From assembly GCA_049969715.1 (NCBI GenBank), contig JBMFOH010000001.1, forward strand, positions 4,232 to 68,231: a stretch of 64,000 bases of DNA, written 5' to 3'. This DNA is from a bacterium (GTDB taxonomy: Bacteria > DUMJ01). The notes beneath the pieces are model-generated. The model was not told the DNA's origin. It searched no databases and was given only the letters and a program-made list of their open reading frames with translations. Within the stretch, counting starts at the first letter, position 1. Each line of letters opens with the position of its first letter. Shown here piece after piece: positions 55,732 through 64,000 of the stretch. Made by a program: the position numbers and the translations under genes.

Positions 55732-58449
55732 GTGAGAAATGTTAGATTTCTAGTCCTAATATTTTTGACCATATCTTTCTTTTTGTGGAATACTTTTGCA
55801 TATGGAGCTGTTTCAGCTAGTGTAAATTGGTATATATATGATGGTAAATTTATAGTAAATGTAAGGTCTCCTCAGAGTATTAAATATGTGACATTTACCT
55901 TAGAAGACCCTTTAAGGTTTGTTCTAGATGTATACAATTCTACATTTCCTAAGACTGAAATATTCAACATAGGTATCACTCCTATTAGCACATTGAGATT
56001 ATCTCCAAGGGATGATAGCAGTTTCCGTCTTGTCTTAGATTGTGACAAGGTCCCCCAGTATAATATTAGTCTTTCTAAAGATGAAAGAAGTTTGACAGGA
56101 GAGTTTCTTCTAGAAAATTCTACCCAATTTAATCTTATTAAGAAGATACTTTATGGGAATGATAGGGTATCTATCTATAGTACAGGTTCCTTCCCATTTA
56201 AGTCTACTCTAGATACAAATCCCCCTAAATTGATATTAGAGTTTCCCTCTACATCGTTTAGCGGAGAAGTAAGTAAACTGGATAACTCCAATTTTATAGA
56301 TAAGATAATAGCATACAACTATGAAGACATATACAAGAAGATGAATACGGTAGTTGTTATTGAGCTTAAAAAACTGAAGGACCCATTGATATCTGAAGAT
56401 AAACAGTCCAAGATTGTTGCTATTGACTTTGGTGGTGCTAAAAGGACTGTAACCCCTCAAGTAGTTACCCAGATTTCTAAAAAGCCAGAGTCTCAGAAGA
56501 GTTCTATAGACCAGGGGAAAAGGGTTTCTATATCATTTAAAGATGCAGATGTGAAGGATGTCCTACAGGCACTTTCTATAAAGGCAGGAGTTAATATCCT
56601 TATAGATGAGGGGGTAAATAAAAGGCTTACACTTAGACTTGAGAATGTAACTGCTAGAGAAGGTTTAGAGATGATAACTAAAGCCTCTGGCTTAGCCTAT
56701 GAAAGATGGGATAACGGTTATATAGTAGCTACTCCCGAGAGGCTAGGATTAATATTGGATTCTGGGATTAAGAGGATTAGTCCTCCTATTTCTAAGCAAG
56801 TAGTTAGTGCAGTAGAGATAATGGGGGACATAGGGCAAGTGCAGAATGCGTTGAAGGGGGTATACCCAGAGGTAGTAACGAGTATAAGTGGGAAGTATCT
56901 AGTGATAAAAGGGGAAGAGGGCAAGGTAGAGGAAGTAAAGAAGCTAATAGCGACAATAGACAAAGCCCCAGCGGTAAGTGCAGATGTGAAGAAGGAAGCG
57001 ATAGAGATAGAGAAGATAACAGGGGACATAGAGAAGATAGTGCAATCACTAAAGGCTATATACCCCGAGTTAACGATAGTAAGTGCGAATCAGAATCTAA
57101 TAATAAAGGGAGAGGAGAGCAAGGTAAGGGAAGCGATAGGTTTAGGGAAGAAGCTAGAGTCGGAGCCTGTAGTAGCGAGTAAAGAGGAGAGGGTAAGGGA
57201 GGTAGTAAGGCTAAAGAATCTAGACAGTCAAAGTATGAAGGAAGTGCTAGCAGGTATAACAGAGGTTCAAGTAGGGGTAGTAAAGCAGACGAACACACTA
57301 ATTTTACAAGGGGATAAGAGCAAAGTAGAGGACATAAAGAAGCTAATAAATGAACTAGATGTAGGGGAGAAAGGTGAGCAAGTAAAGCAAGTAGTTAGTG
57401 CAGTAGAGATAATGGGGGACATAGGGCAAGTGCAGAATGCGTTGAAGGGGGTATACCCAGAGGTAGTAACGAGTATAAGTGGGAAGTATCTAGTGATAAA
57501 AGGGGAAGAGGGCAAGGTAGAGGAAGTAAAGAAGCTAATAGCGACAATAGACAAAGCCAAACCAGAGCAAGAGCAGATAGTAGCTAAGCCTTCAGAAAGG
57601 ACAGAGCGAGTATTCCTTACCTATGTTTCAAGTAAGGATTTTGTAGATTCTGTAAAGGGCTTATTCCCTGATGGTACTTTCGAGGTAGAGCCACCTACAA
57701 ACAGTATTATTATAAAAGGGACAGATGATATAATTAGTAGGGTGAAAGAATTTATTAAGGCGGTAGATATTCCTACCCCCCAGTATATGCTAGAAGCTAA
57801 GTTGGTAGAGGTAAATAGAGATGGGGCTTTGTTGCTAGGAATAGATAGTTCTCTCAGTGGAAATGTGAGTGTAGGGATTTCATCTAGCTCCTTTTCTTTG
57901 GAATCCTTAACATCACTGGTTTCATCTACTGTCCAGCTAAATGCCATATTAAATATGGCGCAAAGTAAGGGACTGGCAAAGGTTATAGCTGCACCAAAGA
58001 TAGCTACTAGTGATGGAAAAGAAGCGAATATATTTATAGGGGACGCTATCTACTATAATATTCCACGACCTGATGGCGGTTTCGATCTGAGACAAGTAAA
58101 TGCTGGAATAACTCTCAATGTAACTCCAAAGATGGAAAGGGACAAATCTATAGATGTAAAACTGACCCCAGAGGTATCAAGTATTACTGGTTGGACAGGG
58201 AGTGGGGCTACTGTGGCTCCTAACATTGGTACTCGGAGAGCTTCTACTGAAGTTAAGGTGAAAGATGGGGATACAATAGTAATTGGTGGTCTGATGAGGT
58301 CTTCTGATACTGAGACATTGAAGAAGGTTCCTCTATTGTCTAATATACCTATACTTGGACAGCTCTTCCAGTCTCGAGACACTAAACAGGAGGAAAGAGA
58401 ACTTATAATAATGTTAACAGTAAATGTGGTTAAGGAGGAGAATAAATAG
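55732..58449 (+). CDS. pilQ: Type IV pilus secretin PilQ with two AMIN-like domains and a five-unit N-domain array
   Basis: 905 aa, GTG start. AMIN-like units (FVLDVYNSTF...FRLVLDCDK; LILEFPSTSF...VVVIELKKL). Five ~60-aa secretin-N-like units. C-terminal secretin core (VIAAPKIATSDGKEANIFIG..., VPLLSNIPILGQLF). Confidence 0.85.
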   Translation: MRNVRFLVLIFLTISFFLWNTFAYGAVSASVNWYIYDGKFIVNVRSPQSIKYVTFTLEDPLRFVLDVYNSTFPKTEIFNIGITPISTLRLSPRDDSSFRLVLDCDKVPQYNISLSKDERSLTGEFLLENSTQFNLIKKILYGNDRVSIYSTGSFPFKSTLDTNPPKLILEFPSTSFSGEVSKLDNSNFIDKIIAYNYEDIYKKMNTVVVIELKKLKDPLISEDKQSKIVAIDFGGAKRTVTPQVVTQISKKPESQKSSIDQGKRVSISFKDADVKDVLQALSIKAGVNILIDEGVNKRLTLRLENVTAREGLEMITKASGLAYERWDNGYIVATPERLGLILDSGIKRISPPISKQVVSAVEIMGDIGQVQNALKGVYPEVVTSISGKYLVIKGEEGKVEEVKKLIATIDKAPAVSADVKKEAIEIEKITGDIEKIVQSLKAIYPELTIVSANQNLIIKGEESKVREAIGLGKKLESEPVVASKEERVREVVRLKNLDSQSMKEVLAGITEVQVGVVKQTNTLILQGDKSKVEDIKKLINELDVGEKGEQVKQVVSAVEIMGDIGQVQNALKGVYPEVVTSISGKYLVIKGEEGKVEEVKKLIATIDKAKPEQEQIVAKPSERTERVFLTYVSSKDFVDSVKGLFPDGTFEVEPPTNSIIIKGTDDIISRVKEFIKAVDIPTPQYMLEAKLVEVNRDGALLLGIDSSLSGNVSVGISSSSFSLESLTSLVSSTVQLNAILNMAQSKGLAKVIAAPKIATSDGKEANIFIGDAIYYNIPRPDGGFDLRQVNAGITLNVTPKMERDKSIDVKLTPEVSSITGWTGSGATVAPNIGTRRASTEVKVKDGDTIVIGGLMRSSDTETLKKVPLLSNIPILGQLFQSRDTKQEERELIIMLTVNVVKEENK
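56794..56967 (+). repeat. Exact 174-bp direct repeat, copy 1 (inside pilQ)
   Basis: Compared base by base with 57385-57558 and found identical. In frame (58 codons, KQVVSAVEIMGD...LIATIDKA). Confidence 0.95.
57385..57558 (+). repeat. Exact 174-bp direct repeat, copy 2 (inside pilQ)
   Basis: Identical to 56794-56967. The offset of 591 bp equals 197 codons. Confidence 0.95.
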
Positions 58450-59369
58450 TGCTTTATCGAAGAGATATTCTATCTATAGAAGACCTTACAGTAGAAGATA
58501 TAGAAGATATATTTATTATGACTGATTTTCTGAAGTCTAAAGAGAATAACTCTCATCGTCCATTATCAGGAAAATCAGTAGGATTATATTTTGAGAAACC
58601 TTCTACACGAACGAGGGTTTCATTTGAGGTAGGGGTATACCAACTTGGGGGGCATCCAGTATATCTGGATACCAAAAGTCTTCAGATAGGGAGAGGAGAG
58701 TCAATCTCTGATACGGCTAAGATTCTTTCCGGTTATTTAGATTGTATAGTGGCAAGGACACTAAAGGATGAGACAGTGAGGGAGTTAGCTTTATATGCAG
58801 ATATCCCTGTGATAAATGCCCTTACTGATTTGGAACATCCCTGTCAGGCTTTAGGAGACCTTTACACTGTAAAGGAGTATTTTGGTGATTATAAGGGGTT
58901 GAAGTTTTCTTTTGTAGGTGATGGGAATAATGTAGCCAACTCTTTACTCCTTCTCTGTTCAAAATTGGGTGTTAATTTTGCAATCGCCTCTCCTAAGGGA
59001 TATGAGATAAGAAGTGAGATAAAGGAGAAGGCTTTAAAGAACGCCAAGGTCTCTGGAGCTAATATCAGTTTCTATAATGACCCATTCGACGCAGTAACAG
59101 ATGCTAATATCATCTATACTGATGTTTGGGTAAGTATGGGGGAGGAGGAAGAGAGAGAAAAGAGAAATCTAGATTTTCAAGGTTTCCAAGTAAATATTGG
59201 ACTTGTCGGACGGGCTCATCCAAATGTGAGGATAATGCATTGTCTTCCTGCAATAAGAGGTAAAGAGATTACTGATGAAGTGATGGATGGACCTAATTCT
59301 ATAATCTTTAAACAGGCAGAGAATAGACTACATACCCAGAAGGCTGTACTTTCTTTAATCTTAGGATAG
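58449..59369 (+). CDS. argF: Ornithine carbamoyltransferase
   Basis: FEKPSTRTRVSFE, HPCQ, DVWVSMG, HCLPA (the OTCase rather than the ATCase version). GTG start abutting the pilQ stop. Confidence 0.85.
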   Translation: MLYRRDILSIEDLTVEDIEDIFIMTDFLKSKENNSHRPLSGKSVGLYFEKPSTRTRVSFEVGVYQLGGHPVYLDTKSLQIGRGESISDTAKILSGYLDCIVARTLKDETVRELALYADIPVINALTDLEHPCQALGDLYTVKEYFGDYKGLKFSFVGDGNNVANSLLLLCSKLGVNFAIASPKGYEIRSEIKEKALKNAKVSGANISFYNDPFDAVTDANIIYTDVWVSMGEEEEREKRNLDFQGFQVNIGLVGRAHPNVRIMHCLPAIRGKEITDEVMDGPNSIIFKQAENRLHTQKAVLSLILG

Positions 59370-59386
59370 AGAGAAGAAGGTAAAAT

Positions 59387-60742
59387 ATGGTAAAGACGAT
59401 ATTTGGTACAGACGGGGCAAGAGGAGTAGCTAATAGAGACCTTACCCCAGAGTTAGTATTGAAAATAGTTAAGTCAGGGGGGTATCTTTTATCAAAGGAT
59501 ATAGAGTCCCCCTTTTTTGTTGTAGGAAAAGACACAAGATGTTCGGGGGATATGATAGAAGGAGCTGTTATCGCGGGACTATGTTCAGTTGGTGCTTCTG
59601 TAATAAATGTAGGGATTTTACCTACTGCAGGAATTGCCTATCTTACTAGGAGGTTGAATGCTGCGGGAGGGATAGTGATATCTGCTTCTCATAATCCGAT
59701 AGAGTACAATGGGATAAAGTTTTTTGACTCTCGAGGTTTTAAACTTTCAGATGAGATGGAGAAGACTATTGAGACCTTTCTTGAAGAAAAGATAACACTT
59801 CCAGTAGGAAAGGGTATTGGAAGGGTTAAGATCTTAGATAGAGCTGAAGACCTCTATATAGAGTATCTTAAAGAAAAGATAGGAACTAGATTGGAAGGAA
59901 TTAGGGTGGTGGTAGATTGTGCATATGGAGCGGCTTATAGAGTAGCTCCGGCAGTGTTTGATATATTAGGGGCGGATGTATTAAGTATAAATAATGCCCC
60001 TCTAGGAGAAAAGATAAATGTAAACTGTGGAGCTACCCATCCTGAGGTTATAAGGGATAAAGTGAAAGATGTGCCAAGTAGTATTGGTGTTTCATTTGAT
60101 GGGGACGCAGATAGAGTTGTCCTTGCAGATGAGGAAGGGAATATACTCAATGGAGACTATATCCTTGCCTTATGGGGAATAGAACTATTAAAGAGAGGAG
60201 AATTGAAGAATAATACTGTTGTAGGAACTATCATGAGTAATCTAGGTTTAGAAGAAGCCCTAGCTTCCCATGGTGCGACACTTTTAAGGGCTGAGGTGGG
60301 AGATAGATATGTTCTTGAGAAGATGTTTCATTCTGACTCTGTAATAGGGGGAGAACCTTCTGGACATATCGTGTATCTTCCAGGGACAACCACAGGAGAT
60401 GGTATCTTTACCTCCCTTATGGTATTAAAGATATTGAAAGAAAAGGATAAGCCTTTATCAGCCTTTAGAGGCATTATTCCTAAATATTATCCACAAATTT
60501 CTAGGAATATAAGAGTAAGGAATAAATATGGTATAATGGAAGACGCCAAGATGAAAGATTTGATAGCCAAGGTAGATAGACTATTAATAGGTAAAGGAAG
60601 AAGTATTATAAGAGCATCTGGTACAGAGGACTTTATAAGGGTTACTTTGGAAGGGGAGGATGATTTCTTTATGAAAGAGTTGATAAATGAGATAGAGGAG
60701 GAGATAAGGAAGATAGACAATGCCTATAACAGATTGGTTTAG
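59387..60742 (+). CDS. glmM: Phosphoglucosamine mutase
   Basis: FGTDGARG, active-site SASHNPIEYNGIKF, metal loop SFDGDADR, GGEPSGH. Confidence 0.9.
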   Translation: MVKTIFGTDGARGVANRDLTPELVLKIVKSGGYLLSKDIESPFFVVGKDTRCSGDMIEGAVIAGLCSVGASVINVGILPTAGIAYLTRRLNAAGGIVISASHNPIEYNGIKFFDSRGFKLSDEMEKTIETFLEEKITLPVGKGIGRVKILDRAEDLYIEYLKEKIGTRLEGIRVVVDCAYGAAYRVAPAVFDILGADVLSINNAPLGEKINVNCGATHPEVIRDKVKDVPSSIGVSFDGDADRVVLADEEGNILNGDYILALWGIELLKRGELKNNTVVGTIMSNLGLEEALASHGATLLRAEVGDRYVLEKMFHSDSVIGGEPSGHIVYLPGTTTGDGIFTSLMVLKILKEKDKPLSAFRGIIPKYYPQISRNIRVRNKYGIMEDAKMKDLIAKVDRLLIGKGRSIIRASGTEDFIRVTLEGEDDFFMKELINEIEEEIRKIDNAYNRLV

Positions 60743-61571
60743 TAGGAAGCCAAAATATGCAGAGCTAAGACCTATAAAGAGAGAGATCCCTGAAGGCCTG
60801 TGGACGAGATGTCCTAAATGCCTTGAGATTTTATATAATAAAGAATTAGAAAAAAATCTAAGGGTTTGTCCTAAATGTGGATATCATTTTAAATTGGGTG
60901 CATTGGAAAGGATATCCCAGTTAGTTGATGAGAGTACCTTTTCTCAAATAGATGGCAATTTGGAAAGTGTTGATGCCCTTTCTTTTGATGAAAATATATA
61001 TCTAGAGAAACTTAAATCTGATAAGGAAAAGACAGGAATAAACGAGGCTATTGTAACTGGCAGATGTAAGATAGAAGGTTACCCTTGTCTTTTAGGGGTT
61101 TTTGATTTTGGTTTTATAGGCGGTAGTATGGGTTCTGTAGTAGGAGAAAGGGTTTCTAGACTTTTTGAGTATGGTGCTCAGGAAAATCTTCCTGTAATCA
61201 TAGTGTCCACCTCTGGTGGGGCAAGGATGTATGAGGGGATGCTCTCTCTGATGCAGATGGCAAAGACAAATGGAGCTTTAAATAGATACAGAGGAAGTGG
61301 AGGAGCATTTATATCCGTGCTTGCCGATCCAACTACTGCAGGGGTGTTAGCAAGTTTTGCCTCTCAAGGAGATATAATTATTACAGAACCTGGAGCCCTT
61401 ATTGGTTTTGCAGGCCCTAGGGTAATAGAACAAACGATAAAGCAGAAGCTTCCTGAAGGATTCCAAAGTTCTAACTTCGTATTTCAGCATGGAATGGTTG
61501 ATATCATAGTAGAAAGGAGTGAATTAAGATCTGTCCTAGCGAGAATAATAAAGATATGGAACCTGAAGTAG
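60720..61571 (+). CDS. accD: Acetyl-CoA carboxylase carboxyltransferase beta subunit
   Basis: Zn ribbon CPKCLEILY...CPKCGYH. FGFIGGSMGSVVGE. Confidence 0.9.
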   Translation: MPITDWFSRKPKYAELRPIKREIPEGLWTRCPKCLEILYNKELEKNLRVCPKCGYHFKLGALERISQLVDESTFSQIDGNLESVDALSFDENIYLEKLKSDKEKTGINEAIVTGRCKIEGYPCLLGVFDFGFIGGSMGSVVGERVSRLFEYGAQENLPVIIVSTSGGARMYEGMLSLMQMAKTNGALNRYRGSGGAFISVLADPTTAGVLASFASQGDIIITEPGALIGFAGPRVIEQTIKQKLPEGFQSSNFVFQHGMVDIIVERSELRSVLARIIKIWNLK

Positions 61572-62395
61572 CTTTAATAACAGCATGGGAAAAGGTTCAA
61601 TTAGCTAGACATCCCCAAAGGCCATTGACTATAGATTACATAGAAAATCTCTTCGAGGATTTTATTGAACTTCATGGAGACAGGCTCTATGGGGATGACC
61701 CTGCCCTTATTGGTGGGGTAGGTATCTTTGAGGGTAAAGGAATAGTAATTATTGGACATAATAAGGGAAAGAATATAAAAGAGAATGTGTCAAGAAATTT
61801 TGGTATGCCACATCCTGAGGGTTATAGGAAGGCACTCAGGTTGATGAAGTTAGCCGAGAGGTGGCATCTTCCTGTAGTCTCCTTTATAGATACTCCTGGT
61901 GCTTATCCTGGGATAGGAGCTGAGGAGAGGGGGCAGGCAGAGGCTATAGGAAGAAATATCCTAGAGACATTTAGCATAAGAACCCCTATTCTTGTGGTAG
62001 TAATAGGAGAAGGTGGAAGTGGCGGTGCCTTGGGGATAGGTGTAGGAGACAGGGTTATTATGCTAGAGAATGCTATATATTCTGTCATCTCTCCGGAAGG
62101 GTGTGCTGCCATTATCTGGAAGGATTCTAAGAAGGCTGAAAAGGCTGCCGAAATGCTTAAACTTACCCCCCAAGACCTGATCAAGTTTAATATTATAGAT
62201 GAGATTATTCCTGAGCCTACAGGTGGAGCTCATACAGACATAGGGAAAATGATGGAGATAATGAAGGAAGGTCTCAGAAGAAATCTAGAGATTATACGCA
62301 AGAAGGATATAGATGTTCTTTTAGAAGAGAGGTATCAAAAAATAAGAAGAATAGGAGTTTTTGAAGAAAAAAATGGTGCCGAAGGCCGGAGTTGA
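61556..62395 (+). CDS. accA: Acetyl-CoA carboxylase carboxyltransferase alpha subunit
   Basis: ARHPQRP, FIDTPGAYPGIGAEERGQAEAI, GEGGSGGALG. The last 22 nt overlap the antisense tRNA-Leu. Confidence 0.9.
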   Translation: MEPEVALITAWEKVQLARHPQRPLTIDYIENLFEDFIELHGDRLYGDDPALIGGVGIFEGKGIVIIGHNKGKNIKENVSRNFGMPHPEGYRKALRLMKLAERWHLPVVSFIDTPGAYPGIGAEERGQAEAIGRNILETFSIRTPILVVVIGEGGSGGALGIGVGDRVIMLENAIYSVISPEGCAAIIWKDSKKAEKAAEMLKLTPQDLIKFNIIDEIIPEPTGGAHTDIGKMMEIMKEGLRRNLEIIRKKDIDVLLEERYQKIRRIGVFEEKNGAEGRS

Positions 62396-62462
62396 ACCGG
62401 CATGGAGTCAAAGCTCCACTTGATTTTGAGTCAAGCGCGTCTGCCTATTCCGCCACTTCGGC
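62374..62462 (-). tRNA. tRNA-Leu (anticodon CAA), class II, CCA encoded
   Basis: Minus strand: GCCGAAG...CTTGA CTCAAAA TCAAG, variable arm GGAG..CTCC, T arm GCCGG TTCAACT CCGGC, then CTTCGGC A CCA. Confidence 0.9.
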
Positions 62463-62471
62463 TTTAAATAT

Positions 62472-62500
62472 ATTCTAAAGAAAAAAGAAGGTGATGTCAA
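62472..62500 (-). promoter_or_regulatory. Sigma-70-type promoter for tRNA-Leu, overlapping the polA start codon
   Basis: Minus strand: TTGACA (62500-62495), 17-nt spacer, TAGAAT (62477-62472), 9 nt before the tRNA 5' end. Confidence 0.45.
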
Positions 62501-64000
62501 TAGAAAAGCTTATCCTGGTAGACGGAAATGGTATAGCATATAGATGCTACTTTGCATTACCTAGACTCTCTAGCCCTAAAGGGATTCCAACTCAGGCTGT
62601 ATATGGTTTTTCTAATATTATCTTTAAAGTAATAGACGAAGAAAAGCCCTCCTATATGGCTGTGGCATTTGATACTAAGGTTCCCTCTTTTAGACATGAG
62701 ATCTATAAGGAGTACAAAGCCAAGCGACAAGAGATGCCTGAGGAGATGAGTATACAGTTTCCATATATAAAGAGACTCTTAAAAGCCCTTTCTATATCTA
62801 TATTAGAATATCCTGGATATGAAGCAGATGATATTATTGCCACTTTAGTAGAGAGATTTAGAGATAAGATGGAGATCCTCATTATCTCTGGAGATTACGA
62901 TTTGCTTACCTTGGTAGGGGAAAATGTCAAGGTAATACTTCCTCGTAAGGGGATTACTGAGACGGAGACCTTCGATGTTAAGGCTGTGGAAGAGAAACTA
63001 GGTGTTCCTCCATATAAAATTCCCTTATTTAAAGCATTGGCTGGGGATGTTTCGGACAATATAAAGGGAATAGAAGGGATAGGGAAGGTAAGTGCTGTAG
63101 AGATACTAAGAGATGTAGACAATTTAGATGACCTTATAGAGAAGATACCTATCCTACCTACTAAATTAAGGTCTAAGTTGGAAGGAAGAGAGGCTGAGAT
63201 AAGAGAGAATCTTTTTCTTGCCTCTTTAAAATGTGATGTTCCTATATCTGTGGATTTAAGTCAATTTGTTATAAAAGACATAGATAAAGAAGAACTTATA
63301 TCTATAGCATTAGAGTTGGGAATGAAGTCTATATTAAAGAGGTTTTCGTTAGAAGACCCTAGAGATAATCCAAAGGTCTCCTGTGAGAGGATTGATAGAG
63401 AAAAGTTCACAACCTTAATAGAAAATATAGATTATTTAAGTCTTGATGCTGTGATAGAAGGTTCTTATTATCCTCCCCTATTAAGGGAATTAATTATATG
63501 TATGGATGAACGTCTCTATAGAGTAGAGAAAGAGCAGAAGGAGTTGGTTGAAGACCTGTTATCTAGAGGTAAGATGTTCTCTCTCTATGATATGAAGTCT
63601 CTATATAAATGTATTAGCCCTGAAAAGAGGAAACATCCATCTGGAAATATTTTGGATGTGAGTCTTTTGGCTTATCTCCTTGACCCATCTCAAGATATAA
63701 GACTAGAAAACCTGATAAATAAATATCTGACTAGGGATATTGAAAGGCCATTAGCTATATATCAGTTAGGTCCTATATTGAGAGAAGAAGTGGTAAAGAA
63801 TGAGATGAGCGAACTTTATGAAAGGATAGAACTTCCTCTTACTAGGGTGTTAGCAGAGATGGAACTCAAGGGAGTCCTTTTGGATACAGATTATCTAAAT
63901 GAGCTTTCCAAAACACTTGAGACCTCTCTTTCCCGTATAGAAGCTTCTATATACGCCTTAGCCGGAGAGACCTTCAACATAAATTCTCCCAAACAGCTTG
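62494..64000 (+). CDS. polA: DNA polymerase I, N-terminal and central part (3' end outside window)
   Basis: Not in the ORF track because it runs off the window. ATG 62494 gives MSIEKLILVDGNGIAYRCYFALP (5'-3' exonuclease), later LAGDVSDNIKGIEGIGKV (HhH), and it is still open at ...FNINSPKQL at 64000. Confidence 0.9.
   Translation, partial: MSIEKLILVDGNGIAYRCYFALPRLSSPKGIPTQAVYGFSNIIFKVIDEEKPSYMAVAFDTKVPSFRHEIYKEYKAKRQEMPEEMSIQFPYIKRLLKALSISILEYPGYEADDIIATLVERFRDKMEILIISGDYDLLTLVGENVKVILPRKGITETETFDVKAVEEKLGVPPYKIPLFKALAGDVSDNIKGIEGIGKVSAVEILRDVDNLDDLIEKIPILPTKLRSKLEGREAEIRENLFLASLKCDVPISVDLSQFVIKDIDKEELISIALELGMKSILKRFSLEDPRDNPKVSCERIDREKFTTLIENIDYLSLDAVIEGSYYPPLLRELIICMDERLYRVEKEQKELVEDLLSRGKMFSLYDMKSLYKCISPEKRKHPSGNILDVSLLAYLLDPSQDIRLENLINKYLTRDIERPLAIYQLGPILREEVVKNEMSELYERIELPLTRVLAEMELKGVLLDTDYLNELSKTLETSLSRIEASIYALAGETFNINSPKQL

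Noticed and set aside
56718-57560. Four minus-strand ORFs of 80-103 aa (56718-57029, 56804-57049, 57056-57298, 57267-57560) antisense to pilQ, two of them sharing a repeated sequence.
   Set aside because: They lie exactly on the purine-rich block. The T-poor sense strand makes the complement stop-free. Their products are low-complexity S/T/P/L/F strings with no RBS context, and the shared segment is just the complement of the 174-bp repeat. I treat them as shadow ORFs, though the compositional cause is reported as a finding.
1-64000. Scan for CRISPR arrays, IS/transposase or integrase genes, prophage modules, toxin-antitoxin pairs and classical defence genes.
   Set aside because: I found no regularly spaced short direct repeats, recombinase-like ORFs or terminal inverted repeats. 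The only exact long repeat is the intragenic pilQ duplication. The PIF1-WYL helicase is the sole defence-adjacent domain, and it sits among housekeeping-type genes.

Overview
Low-GC, K/E/I-rich (thermophile-like), very densely packed chromosomal window from a diderm bacterium; it has TolC-family proteins, a PilQ secretin and an ECF envelope-stress operon. My lineage guess is Dictyoglomi/Thermotogae-like, which I cannot verify. The window opens on the origin-proximal dnaN(3' end)-S4-recF-DUF721 block. It also holds dnaX-ybaB-recR, leuS, rpsT, holA, comEA/comEC, rsmI, argF, glmM, accD/accA and the 5' part of polA. RNA genes are tRNA-Ser(GGA), a long Bacillus-type SRP RNA directly upstream of dnaX, and an antisense tRNA-Leu(CAA) wedged between accA and polA. 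I saw no rRNA, CRISPR array, transposase, integrase or prophage signature. Four accessory regions stand out. (1) A roughly 10 kb minus-strand gene string (1852-11963) joins a RuBisCO-like protein, an NHL-TPR-Yip1 fusion, a large secreted unknown, a YknW/X/Z-like Yip1/HlyD/MacB-FtsX module and an orphan MalF/MalG permease pair, with no ATPase or binding protein; this is my best candidate for an undescribed system. (2) A LarA racemase, a D-2-hydroxyacid dehydrogenase and an E3-less 2-oxoacid dehydrogenase E1/E2 set sit together with a SorC regulator. (3) A divergent PlsY-like domain is fused to a CTP-transferase/dolichol-kinase-like domain. (4) A type IV pilus/competence block (three pseudopilins plus pilMNOPQ) has a 905-aa secretin containing a five-unit N-domain array, an exact 174-bp internal duplication and a sharply purine-loaded codon block. 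All calls come from reading the supplied translations and DNA by eye; no database search was run.
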